A stretch of 64,000 bases of DNA from SAR202 cluster bacterium bin16 (lineage in GTDB: Bacteria; Chloroflexota; Dehalococcoidia; Lucifugimonadales; Australimonadaceae): positions 11,826-75,825 of the forward strand of contig MPMJ01000007.1 in the NCBI GenBank assembly GCA_002238425.1, written 5' to 3'. The notes beneath the pieces are model-generated. The model was given only the letters and a program-made list of their open reading frames with translations, did not search any database and was not told the DNA's origin. A program made the translations under genes and the position numbers. Numbering within the stretch: position 1 is the stretch's first letter; the number at the start of each line of letters is the position of its first letter. Below are positions 8,888 to 17,532 of the stretch, in pieces.

Positions 8888-9563
8888 CGGGCACGCCCGG
8901 TCCGGTGATAGCGGAGCGCATGGCGGCGACAGCGTCGGCGACGGTCATGCGGTCATTGTACACGGCGGAGCCCGCCACGATGACGCTCGCGCCTGCGGCG
9001 ACGACACGCGCCACGTTGTCGGGCTTGACGCCGCCGTCGACCTCAAGCTCGGTGGCGAGGCCGCGTTCGTCTATCGCGGCGCGGAGGCGTTCGATCTTCG
9101 GGAGGACGCCCGGGATGAACGATTGCCCACCGAAGCCGGGGTTGACCGACATGACGAGCACGAGGTCGAGCTCCGGCAGGATCTCGGTGAGCGTGGCGTC
9201 GGGCGTCGAGGGGTTGAGCGAGACACCGGCGGTCGCGCCGAGGTCGCGTATCTGGTGGACGGCGCGGTCGAGGTGCGTCACGGCTTCCTGGTGCACGGTG
9301 ATCTTGTCGGCGCCCGCGGCGACGAAGTCGGGGATGAGGCGCTCCGGCTCGACGATCATCAGGTGGACGTCGAGCGGGAGGCTAGTGTGGGGACGTATCG
9401 CCTCGACGACGAGCGGGCCGATGGTGAGGTTCGGGACGAAGCGCCCGTCCATGACGTCGACGTGGATGTAGTCGGCGCCGGCGTCTTCGGTCTCGCGGAC
9501 GACGTCGCCGATGCGGGCGAAGTCGGCAGAGAGGATGGAGGGGGCGAGTTTGACGTCAGCCAT
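8883..9563 (-). CDS. rpe: ribulose-phosphate 3-epimerase
   Basis: 226 aa. [15 protein letters not shown]...[19 protein letters not shown]...[13 protein letters not shown] are hallmark Rpe motifs. Confidence 0.95.
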   Translation of the reverse strand: MADVKLAPSILSADFARIGDVVRETEDAGADYIHVDVMDGRFVPNLTIGPLVVEAIRPHTSLPLDVHLMIVEPERLIPDFVAAGADKITVHQEAVTHLDRAVHQIRDLGATAGVSLNPSTPDATLTEILPELDLVLVMSVNPGFGGQSFIPGVLPKIERLRAAIDERGLATELEVDGGVKPDNVARVVAAGASVIVAGSAVYNDRMTVADAVAAMRSAITGPGVPD

Positions 9564-10923
9564 TGGCTCCCTCCAGGCGGGCCTTGGCGGCGGCGAGGGC
9601 TTCGCGAACGCGGGCGGGCGACGCGCCCCCCGGCACGTCGCGCGCCGTCGCGCTCGCGAGTGCGTTCAATTCGCGCACGCCGTCGTCGAATGCGGGGCAG
9701 CGGGCGCGCATGTCGTCGAGCGGGAGCGCGGTCACGGGGACGCCGCGCTCGGCGGCAAGTTCGCAGAGCGCGCTGACGGCGGCGTGGGCCTCGCGGAAGG
9801 GGACGCCCTTGCCGACGAGATAGTCGGCCATGTCGGTCGCGAGCAGGGCGCTGTCCTCGGCGGCCTCGCGCATGCGCTCGGCGTTCACGGTGCAGTCGCT
9901 GAGCATGCCGCGCATGGCGTCGAGGGTCGCTTCGAGGGTGTCGACGGCGTCGAAGAGGCCTTCCTTGTCCTCCTGGAGGTCGCGGTTGTAGGTGAGCGGG
10001 AGGCCCTTGAGGGTGGTGAGCAGGCCGACGAGGCTGCCGTAGACGCGGCCCGTCTTGCCGCGCGCGATCTCCGCGAAGTCCGGGTTGCGCTTCTGGGGCA
10101 TGATGGACGAGCCGGTGACCCACTGGCGCCCGAGCTGCAGGTAGCCGAACTCGTGCGACGTCCAGAGCACGATCTCCTCCGCGAGGCGGGAGCAGTGCAT
10201 CATGCACGTCGCGGCGGCGGCGAGGAACTCGACGGCGTAGTCGCGGTCGGAGACGGCGTCCATCGAGTTCGCGGAGATGCTGTCGAAGCCGAGCTCGCGT
10301 GCGACGGACTCGCGGTCGAGGGGGTACGGGGCGCCGGCGAGCGCGCCGGAGCCGAGCGGGAGGACGTTCACGCGCCTCCGGGCGTCGGCGAGGCGGTCGG
10401 CGTCGCGGTCGAACATCTCGAAGTAGGCGAGCATGTGGTGCGCGAACGGCACGGGCTGCGCGCGCTGGAGGTGGGTGTAGCCGGGAAGGAGGGCGTCCTG
10501 CTCGCGCGCGGCGAGCGACAGCAGCGCGCCCTGCAGGGCGCGCTGCTGCGATGCCGCGCGGTCGATGGCGTCGCGGACGTAGAGGCGGGTGGCGGTCGCG
10601 ACCTGGTCGTTGCGGGAGCGCGCGGTGTGGAGGCGCGCGGCAGGCTCGCCGATGAGCTCGTGGAGACGCGTCTCGATGTTCATGTGGAGGTCTTCGAGCT
10701 CCTCTCGCCAGTTGAACGCGCCGTCCGCGATCTCGCGGCGCACGGCATCGAGTCCCTCGACGATGGCGTTCGCGTCGGCGTCGGCGATGATGCCCTGCCG
10801 GCCGAGCATGCGGGCGTGCGCGACGGAGCCCGCGATGTCGTGCTCGTAGAGTCGGCGGTCGTAACCGACGGAGACGGTATAGCGCGAGGCGGCCTCGAAG
10901 TGGTGGGTCGTGTAGTCGGTCAT
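9556..10923 (-). CDS. argH: argininosuccinate lyase
   Basis: ORF 9556..11202. In-frame ATG at 10923 ([10 protein letters not shown]...). Fumarate-lyase signature [12 protein letters not shown] and the ArgH-type stretch [20 protein letters not shown]. There is an 8-nt overlap with the rpe start. Confidence 0.95.
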   Translation of the reverse strand: MTDYTTHHFEAASRYTVSVGYDRRLYEHDIAGSVAHARMLGRQGIIADADANAIVEGLDAVRREIADGAFNWREELEDLHMNIETRLHELIGEPAARLHTARSRNDQVATATRLYVRDAIDRAASQQRALQGALLSLAAREQDALLPGYTHLQRAQPVPFAHHMLAYFEMFDRDADRLADARRRVNVLPLGSGALAGAPYPLDRESVARELGFDSISANSMDAVSDRDYAVEFLAAAATCMMHCSRLAEEIVLWTSHEFGYLQLGRQWVTGSSIMPQKRNPDFAEIARGKTGRVYGSLVGLLTTLKGLPLTYNRDLQEDKEGLFDAVDTLEATLDAMRGMLSDCTVNAERMREAAEDSALLATDMADYLVGKGVPFREAHAAVSALCELAAERGVPVTALPLDDMRARCPAFDDGVRELNALASATARDVPGGASPARVREALAAAKARLEGANG

Positions 10924-10954
10924 GGCGTCGCGTCTATTGTACGCGAAGGTCCCG

Positions 10955-11770
10955 CTACGGCTGCTGCGCAGCCTCGGGATGCCGCACGTGGACGAAGTAG
11001 ATAAGGGCGAGGGGGAGGATGAGGTCGACGATGAACAGTGTGAAGGCCAGCCTGTCCTGGAGCAGGACCGTGACCCCTTGCAATTCCCAGACAACGGACA
11101 CCGCGTGCGCAGCCAGTAACCACCCCACGGCCTGCCTCCGGAAGATGATGCCGCGCACGTCAAAGTTACCCAGCAGCCAGGCGAGCAGGAAGCCGAATCC
11201 AAGGACGGAGGCGAATGTCATGGCGAACAAGAGGCCGACTGGAACCACGTCGAAGATCCAGAGGTTCAGTGCTCTGGCAACGACAATCGTCAGGGTGTAC
11301 GCCTTCAAGACGAGGAAGAGGAAGCAGGCATGGGCCAGGCTGAGTCGCGACGCCTGCCGAGCGAACCAGAGCAGCGGAAGCAGCGCCACGACCCCGTGGG
11401 CCAACGACCTTCCGCGCGTCCATAGAGAGACGCCTAGTAGTCCGGAATCCTCGTCATACGGCGCGAAGGCAGCGGCGACCAGCCACACCAGGGCACCGAC
11501 GGCTGCCAGCCAGATTGCATAGCCCCAGACCAGCGTGAAGAACGGGTGCTCCAGGCGGCGTATCCGCGCGTAGAAGACCGCCAGCAGTCCTGCGTGCACA
11601 AGACTTGCTGCCACCCCCTGAGCGTACGAGACGTAGCGGGGGACCACGCGGTCCTCGTCGTACAGGGAAGCGTACAGTGAGAACGCCAGCACGGAGGCTA
11701 TGACGCTCAGGAGAGGAGTCCAGAGCAACAGCCACAGCTCCCATCGGTAGGTGACGAGGAAGCGTGGCAC
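10955..11770 (-). CDS. polytopic membrane protein, unknown family (paralog of the next gene)
   Basis: 271 aa, about 8 hydrophobic helices. Shares the motifs FLVTYRWE, SRLSLAHACF and LLAWLLGNFD with 11772..12827. Confidence 0.55.
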   Translation of the reverse strand: MPRFLVTYRWELWLLLWTPLLSVIASVLAFSLYASLYDEDRVVPRYVSYAQGVAASLVHAGLLAVFYARIRRLEHPFFTLVWGYAIWLAAVGALVWLVAAAFAPYDEDSGLLGVSLWTRGRSLAHGVVALLPLLWFARQASRLSLAHACFLFLVLKAYTLTIVVARALNLWIFDVVPVGLLFAMTFASVLGFGFLLAWLLGNFDVRGIIFRRQAVGWLLAAHAVSVVWELQGVTVLLQDRLAFTLFIVDLILPLALIYFVHVRHPEAAQQP

Positions 11771-11771
11771 G

Positions 11772-12827
11772 TCAGCTCTCCTCGCTCGGCACGGGCTGGC
11801 GCACGCGGACGAGATAGACGGCCCAGAACGTAGCGAGCCACGCGAGGACGATCACCAACAATGCCAGCAGCACTCCTGCGTCATCCGTAAGCTCCAATCC
11901 TTGGATGAGCCACAGGGAGAACAAAACTCCGCCCAGTGCATGCACGCCGAACAGGGCGAGGACTGCGCGCCCTCGGAACACCGGCTCCCACTTGTCGAAG
12001 TTGAACAAAAGCCAGGCTGTGAAGACAGTCATGCCGACAATGAGGGAGTTCACCGCTACGTTCAACGCTGCCAACGCCAGATAGTCCAGCCTCGTTTCCG
12101 GCATTACTCCAGCCGAGGGCTCAAACAGGTAGCGCCAGGGGAAGCTGAAGGCCAGAGCAGCCATGAAGAACGCGTGCGCGAGGCTGAACCGAGACACTTG
12201 GTGGATGAGCCTGAGCAGGAAGAACATTGCCACTGGGCCGGTCAGCAGGAAGCTGAGCAGCATGGCATCCCAAACCGCCGAACCGGATCCCAAATCCAGC
12301 CCGCGCAACTGCATCGTCATGAAGAGGCTGTCCACAACCACTCCGATGACCGCAACCACGAGGAGGAACTGCCACGTCAGGCGCAGGAATTCGCGTCCCA
12401 GACGTCGGACCGCAGGGTAGAGCGCGGCGAGCAGGATGGCCGTGAAGAACTGATCGGGGATACTCCAGTCGGTAAGGCCCAGTACGAGGCCTCTCCATCT
12501 CTCGGAGTCCGGCAAGAGGAAGCGATAGATCAACGCAGAGTAAACGACTCCAGACAGTACAGCCCAGTAGGGGATGGCGACGAGCAGCAGGCTTTCCCAG
12601 CCATACCCCCGGCGGCGCAGGCGCAGGTAGAGCACGCCCATCAGCAGGGCAGGAAGCAGAACAAAGACGCTCCACCACGCGAAGTGATACGCGAGGCCGT
12701 AGAGTTCCAATGGACCGGCCATCCACAGCACCCAATACCCCATGCCTAAGGCAGGCATGACAGCAACCAGCGCTATCTCCCACCGATAGGTGACGATGAA
12801 ATGTCGTGTCCCACCGACCGACCTCAT
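11772..12827 (-). CDS. polytopic membrane protein, unknown family (paralog of the previous gene)
   Basis: 351 aa. Motifs FIVTYRWE, SRFSLAHAFF and FTAWLLFNFD. Its stop is 1 nt from the start of 10955..11770. Confidence 0.55.
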   Translation of the reverse strand: MRSVGGTRHFIVTYRWEIALVAVMPALGMGYWVLWMAGPLELYGLAYHFAWWSVFVLLPALLMGVLYLRLRRRGYGWESLLLVAIPYWAVLSGVVYSALIYRFLLPDSERWRGLVLGLTDWSIPDQFFTAILLAALYPAVRRLGREFLRLTWQFLLVVAVIGVVVDSLFMTMQLRGLDLGSGSAVWDAMLLSFLLTGPVAMFFLLRLIHQVSRFSLAHAFFMAALAFSFPWRYLFEPSAGVMPETRLDYLALAALNVAVNSLIVGMTVFTAWLLFNFDKWEPVFRGRAVLALFGVHALGGVLFSLWLIQGLELTDDAGVLLALLVIVLAWLATFWAVYLVRVRQPVPSEES

Positions 12828-12845
12828 GGGGCGCAGGATACGCGC

Positions 12846-13733
12846 CTAGCCACCCAAGGTGACGCCGAGGCGTTGTTCGAGCGCGGTGAAGCCGTGCGAG
12901 GGGTCCTCCTCGCCAAGGCCGTACTCCTCCACGACGGCGTGCCAGAAGCGGCGGCCCGTCTCGAACAACTGCAGGTCCAGCCCGAACTCGACCGCCAGTT
13001 CGTGCGCGTGGTCGAGGTCCTTCATCGTGAGCCAGGCGGAGCCGTCCTTGCCGAACTCGCGCTTGAGGATGCGCGGGACGTTCCGCTCCCAGGCGCGGCT
13101 CGCGCCCGACGCCGTCCGGATGACGGCGAAGAGCCGTTCGAGGTCCAGCCCGGCCTTGTCGGCCAGCAGGAGTGATTCCATCGCCACGGCGAGGTTCGTC
13201 GCCATGAGGAAGTTGCTCACCACCTTGGTCGCCGCGCCCGAACCGGACGCGCCCATCAGTTCGACGGTGCGGCCCATGGCCTCCATCGCGGGGCGCGCGG
13301 TGGCGAAGGCTTCCTCGTCGCCGCCGCACATGATGGTCATCTCGCCGCGTTCGGCGACGGGGCCGGAGCCGGAGACCGGGGCGTCGATGAACGACGCGCC
13401 GCGCTCGCGGGCGGCGGCAGCGAGGGCGCGCGCGGCGTCCGGGTGGATGGTGCTGTGGTCGACGACGATCAGCCCGGGCTTCGGGCGTTCGAGGACACCG
13501 CCGGGGCCGGTGAGCACCTGCTCCACGACAGCGGTCTCCGGCAGGCAGGTGTGCACCTCGTCGAGCTCCGCGCCCATCGCGGCGAACGACTCGCCGACGG
13601 TCGCCCCCATCGCGGCGAGTTCGTGCACCTTGCCCTGGCTGCGGTTCTGCACTGTCACGTCGAACCCCTTACGGATGAGGTTCTCCACCATGGGGCGTCC
13701 CATGCGGCCTATGCCGATCCATCCGATACGCAT
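12846..13733 (-). CDS. NAD(P)-dependent oxidoreductase, 3-hydroxyisobutyrate / 6-phosphogluconate dehydrogenase-like
   Basis: 295 aa. N-terminal Rossmann IGWIGIGRMGRPMVENL, plus FIDAPVSGS and the GSGAATKVVSN region typical of the HIBADH family. Confidence 0.85.
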   Translation of the reverse strand: MRIGWIGIGRMGRPMVENLIRKGFDVTVQNRSQGKVHELAAMGATVGESFAAMGAELDEVHTCLPETAVVEQVLTGPGGVLERPKPGLIVVDHSTIHPDAARALAAAARERGASFIDAPVSGSGPVAERGEMTIMCGGDEEAFATARPAMEAMGRTVELMGASGSGAATKVVSNFLMATNLAVAMESLLLADKAGLDLERLFAVIRTASGASRAWERNVPRILKREFGKDGSAWLTMKDLDHAHELAVEFGLDLQLFETGRRFWHAVVEEYGLGEEDPSHGFTALEQRLGVTLGG

Positions 13734-13830
13734 CGTGCGTCCTCCTTATTGTCTGTTGTGTGTGGCAGGTGTCGTTCTTGCCGTCACGCAGGGCACCCAC
13801 AAGGGATGCCCCTACACCGGGCAACCACCC

Positions 13831-13880
13831 CACCCTGCCGGGTCACCCCCATCCTAACCTTCCCCAATCGAGGGGGAAGG
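13831..13880 (+). repeat. hairpin repeat, family E, full copy
   Basis: CACCCTGCCGGGTCACCCCCATCCTAACCTTCCCCAATCGAGGGGGAAGG. Nearly the same string occurs inverted at 47611..47660. Confidence 0.7.
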
Positions 13881-13900
13881 AACAGGGCATCGTCCCTTCG

Positions 13901-13963
13901 GCCCCGGCCCCCCGTGTGCCCTCCCGGGCACTCTGGATTCCCGCGTTCGCGGGAATGACGGGG
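13901..13963 (+). repeat. composite double-hairpin repeat, family A, copy 2
   Basis: GTGCCC-TCCC-GGGCAC, then CACTCTGG-ATTCCCGCG-TT-CGCGGGAAT-GACGGGG. Aligns with 6616..6685 and with the inverted copy at 50409..50487. Confidence 0.7.
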
Positions 13964-14010
13964 AGAGTGCCGGGGTGGCGGGGTGAGTACAGAGGTGACG
14001 AAAGTGGTGG

Positions 14011-14889
14011 TCAGAGTGTAATGGCGATGGCTCCGGCGGCGGCGAGGACGATGCCGAGCAGGACGAGCGGGTTGAAGGCTTCTGTCTCGCGGTTGAGAAG
14101 AAAGGCGAAGCCGATGCCGAAGAAGGCCATCGTCTCGGTGAGCGGGGCGACGACGGCGGCATCGGCGGACTCGAGGGCGGCGAAGCGGAGCACCTGCGCC
14201 GTCGTCATGATGGCGGTCACCGCGACGAAGAGTTTGAACGCCGTGCGGTCGACCTCGCGCAGGCCCTGCAGTCGTCCCGGCAGGGCGAGCGACGCGATGA
14301 GGACGACCGCCGCCGCGCCGTGCGCGACGAGCCCGCCGAGCATCGTGAGGCCGGAGTCGTCGAGCGCCCAGCGCAGGAGGACAGTCGAGCCACCGTAGGT
14401 CGCCGCCGCGCTGAGGCCGAAGACGATGCCCCGCGCAATCTGGAGGGAGCCGAGGCGGACGGTCGGGGGCCGCGCGAACGCGACGAGCGGGGCGACGATG
14501 AGCAGGGCGATGCCCATGCCGCGCAGCAGCCCCACCTGCTCGCCCAGCAGCGTTATGCCGAATACCGCGCCGACGAGCGCCGAGAGGACGCGCACCGGTG
14601 CGGTGAGGTTCGCGCCGACCGCCTGGATCGCGAGGAACTGGGAGAAGCGTCCGCCGAGGAAGTTGAGGATGCCGCCGACCGAAAGGACGGCGTATTGCAT
14701 CCCGGTGAAGCCGCCCGCCTGCGCGAGCTGGCCAGAAGCGAGCGCGAGCACCGCGAACAGCGGCACGGAGAGCACGATGGAGATGACTATGCCGTTGTAG
14801 GCCGATGCACGGAGCATGCTCCGCCGGACGACGGCCGTGTTCAGGCCGAGCATCGCGGCGGCGGCAATCGCGAGGAGTGCGCCGCTCAC
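14011..14889 (-). CDS. EamA/DMT-superfamily transporter
   Basis: 292 aa, about 10 TM helices with an internally duplicated architecture. Gly/Ala-rich helices are typical of drug/metabolite transporters. Confidence 0.7.
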   Translation of the reverse strand: MSGALLAIAAAAMLGLNTAVVRRSMLRASAYNGIVISIVLSVPLFAVLALASGQLAQAGGFTGMQYAVLSVGGILNFLGGRFSQFLAIQAVGANLTAPVRVLSALVGAVFGITLLGEQVGLLRGMGIALLIVAPLVAFARPPTVRLGSLQIARGIVFGLSAAATYGGSTVLLRWALDDSGLTMLGGLVAHGAAAVVLIASLALPGRLQGLREVDRTAFKLFVAVTAIMTTAQVLRFAALESADAAVVAPLTETMAFFGIGFAFLLNRETEAFNPLVLLGIVLAAAGAIAITL

Positions 14890-14928
14890 GCGGGGACCTT
14901 GGGGTGATTCACTTGCCGACCGTCGGTG

Positions 14929-15039
14929 TTGTCATATTGAGCGGAGTCCCGCGCTTTAGCGCGCAACATCCTCTCGGGGAAGCGTTGGCGTGTCACGGGC
15001 GTCTCCCGAGAGATTCCTCGGCTACGCTCGGAATGACAA
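14929..15039. mobile_element. MITE-like element, copy 1 (about 111 nt with terminal inverted repeats)
   Basis: The left end is TTGTCATATTGAGCGGAG. The reverse complement of the right end is TTGTCATTCCGAGCGTAG. Internal hairpins are GCGCGC-TTTA-GCGCGC and CCGAG-AGATTC-CTCGG. About 80% is alignable to 39000..39121. Confidence 0.55.
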
Positions 15040-15074
15040 TGACCGGGCTCTTCATTGCGCGTTGGGAGAGCGAC

Positions 15075-16274
15075 CTACTCGGCCTCTCCCTGCACCCGCG
15101 CCTGCGTCCGGACCGGCAGTCCGAAGACGGAGATGAAGCCAACCGACGCCTGGTGGTCGAACGTATCGCCGGCGTCGTAGGTGGCGAGGTCGTGGCGGTA
15201 GAGCGCCTCGGCGCTCTCGCGTCCGGTGACCGTCGCGCTGCCCTTGTGCAGGCGCACGCGCACCGTGCCGTTGACGTGGCGCTGCGTGCTGAGGACGTAG
15301 GCGTCCAGGTCGCGGCGGTGCGCGGTGAACCAGAGGCCGTTGTAGACGATGTCGGCGTACTCCTGCGCCAGCCGCTCCTTGAAGCGGGACTGCTCCTTGG
15401 TGAGGCACATCTGCTCGAGCGCGCGGTGCGCCAGGTGGAGCACCGTCCCGGCAGGGGCCTCGTAGACCTCGCGCGACTTGATGCCGACGAGCCGGTTCTC
15501 GATGTGGTCGATGCGCCCCACGCCGTGCGCGCCCGCGGCCTCGTTCAACAGTTCGATGAGCGCAACGCCGTTCAGCTCCTCGCCGTCGATGGCGACCGGG
15601 ACGCCCTCCGCAAAGCGGATCTCCACGTAACGGGGCTCGTCCGGAGCGGCGGCGACGGAGACCGTCCACGCGTACGCCTCTTCCGGCGGCTCCATCCACG
15701 GGTCTTCGAGGTCGCCGGCCTCGATGCTGCGGCCCCAGAGGTTCTCGTCTGTCGAGTAGGAGCTGCGCTTGTTCAGGTCCAGTTCGATGTCGCGCTCCTT
15801 CGCGTAGGCGATCTCGTCGTCGCGGGTCATGCCCCACTCGCGGGCGGGCGCGACGACCTTGAGCGAGGGCGCGAGCGCCCCGGCGCTGACGTCGAAGCGC
15901 ACCTGGTCGTTCCCCTTGCCGGTGCAGCCGTGAGCGATCCCCAGGGCCTCTTCCTCCTGCGCGATGCGCACGAGGTGCTTGGCGATGAGCGGCCTCCCGA
16001 GGGCGGTCGCGAGCGGGTAGACGCCCTCGTAGATGGCGCCCGCCCTCAGCGCGGGCCAGACGTAGTCGCGCACGAACTCCTCGCGAGCGTCCATGACGTC
16101 GGCGCGGATGGCGCCGATGTCGAGCGCGCGCTGACGCGCGGCTTCCAGGTCCACCTGTCCGCCCAGGTCCATCGTGAGCGTGGCGATGTCTACGCCGTAC
16201 TGCTCCTGCAGCCAGCGGATGGCAACGGAGGTGTCGAGACCCCCGCTGTAAGCGAGAACGATCTTGTCAGCCAT
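15075..16274 (-). CDS. argG: argininosuccinate synthase
   Basis: 399 aa. KIVLAYSGGLDTS ATP-binding motif, followed by GCTGKGNDQVRF. Confidence 0.95.
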   Translation of the reverse strand: MADKIVLAYSGGLDTSVAIRWLQEQYGVDIATLTMDLGGQVDLEAARQRALDIGAIRADVMDAREEFVRDYVWPALRAGAIYEGVYPLATALGRPLIAKHLVRIAQEEEALGIAHGCTGKGNDQVRFDVSAGALAPSLKVVAPAREWGMTRDDEIAYAKERDIELDLNKRSSYSTDENLWGRSIEAGDLEDPWMEPPEEAYAWTVSVAAAPDEPRYVEIRFAEGVPVAIDGEELNGVALIELLNEAAGAHGVGRIDHIENRLVGIKSREVYEAPAGTVLHLAHRALEQMCLTKEQSRFKERLAQEYADIVYNGLWFTAHRRDLDAYVLSTQRHVNGTVRVRLHKGSATVTGRESAEALYRHDLATYDAGDTFDHQASVGFISVFGLPVRTQARVQGEAE

Positions 16275-16311
16275 GGAGAAGCGGTTTCCTTTCCGGTGTC
16301 AGAGTCGCCGT

Positions 16312-17532
16312 CTAAGCGGCCAGTGTTTTCGTGAGTGCGGCGTCGAGTTTCGTGAGGCACTCGTCGACGTCCGCCTCGGTGATGATGAGCGGGGGCATGA
16401 AGCGGATGGCGTTGGGGAGCACGGGGTTGAGCAGCACGCCTTCCGCGTTCGCGTTCGTGACGACGGCGCGCGCGATGGGCTGGTCGAACAGCAGCGCCTG
16501 CAGCAGGCCGACGCCGCGCACGCCCGTCGTCGCCGGAGCGTGCGCAACCGCGAACTCCTCCAGCTTCGCCCGGAGGTAGTCGCCGACGCGAGCCGCGTGG
16601 CCGGGGATGTCGTTCTCCAGCATGTGGCCGAGCGTCGCGCGCCCCGCTGCCGTGGCGAGGACGTTGCCGCCGAACGTGCTGCCGTGGTCGCCTGGCTCCA
16701 GGACGTTGCAGCGCTCCTTGCAGAGGAACGCGCCGACGGGCACGCCGTTGCCAAGCGCCTTGGCGATCGTCATCACGTCAGGCTCGACGCCCGAGTGCTC
16801 GTAGCCCCAGAGATGGCCGAGGCGTCCCATGCCAGTCTGCACCTCGTCGAAGATGAGGAGGAGGTTGTTCTCGTCGCACCACTCGCGCAGGCCTTTCAGG
16901 TAGCCCTCCGTGGGGACGTTCACGCCGCCCTCGCCCTGCACGACCTCGACCATGATCGCGCAAGTCTCGTCGGTCGTGGCCTCGCGGATGGCGTCGAGGT
17001 CGTCGTAGGGGACGTTCGTGAAGCCCTCGGCGAGGGGGAGCCACGCTTCCTGGTAGGCGGGCTGTCCGGTCGCGGCGATCATGCCGAGCGTCCTGCCGTG
17101 GAAGGAGTTGAGCACCGTGATAACGCTCTGCGCGCCGTTGCGGTGGAGCCTGCCGTACTTGCGGGCGAGCTTCACCGCGCCCTCGTTCGCCTCCACTCCG
17201 CTGTTGGCGAAGAAGACCTTGTCCATGCAGCTGTTCTCCACCAGCATCCGGCCCAGTTCCAGTTGCGGCACGGTGTAGTAGAGGTTGGACGTCTGCAGGA
17301 GCGTGCCCACCTGATCGCGCACCGCCTCAGCAACGGCGGGGTGGGAGTGCCCCAGGCCGACGACGGCCAGCCCGGCTACGAAGTCGAGGTATTCGTTGCC
17401 GTCGACGTCCCAGACTCGCGCGCCTTCTCCCCGCTCGATCACGATGGGCTGGCGGTTGAACGTGTGAACGTAGTACTCGGATTCCTGCGCCATCCAGTAT
17501 GCGGAGTCGTGTGCGGTGGAGTCGGTGGTCAT
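16312..17532 (-). CDS. argD: acetylornithine aminotransferase (class III PLP aminotransferase)
   Basis: 406 aa. FANSGVEANEGAVKLARKY and LLIFDEVQTGMGRLG, with PDVMTIAKALGNG containing the PLP lysine. Located within the arg cluster. Confidence 0.9.
   Translation of the reverse strand: MTTDSTAHDSAYWMAQESEYYVHTFNRQPIVIERGEGARVWDVDGNEYLDFVAGLAVVGLGHSHPAVAEAVRDQVGTLLQTSNLYYTVPQLELGRMLVENSCMDKVFFANSGVEANEGAVKLARKYGRLHRNGAQSVITVLNSFHGRTLGMIAATGQPAYQEAWLPLAEGFTNVPYDDLDAIREATTDETCAIMVEVVQGEGGVNVPTEGYLKGLREWCDENNLLLIFDEVQTGMGRLGHLWGYEHSGVEPDVMTIAKALGNGVPVGAFLCKERCNVLEPGDHGSTFGGNVLATAAGRATLGHMLENDIPGHAARVGDYLRAKLEEFAVAHAPATTGVRGVGLLQALLFDQPIARAVVTNANAEGVLLNPVLPNAIRFMPPLIITEADVDECLTKLDAALTKTLAA

Noticed and set aside
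8742-9776. The plus-strand 344-aa ORF across rpe and the FKBP upstream region.
   Set aside because: It is antisense to rpe, which has unmistakable motifs. Its composition is typical of a spurious GC-rich reverse frame.
13780-15050. Intergenic hairpin repeats considered as a possible CRISPR array.
   Set aside because: The repeats belong to several different families, occur singly or in irregular mosaics scattered over the window, and have no regularly spaced unique spacers. No cas genes are present.
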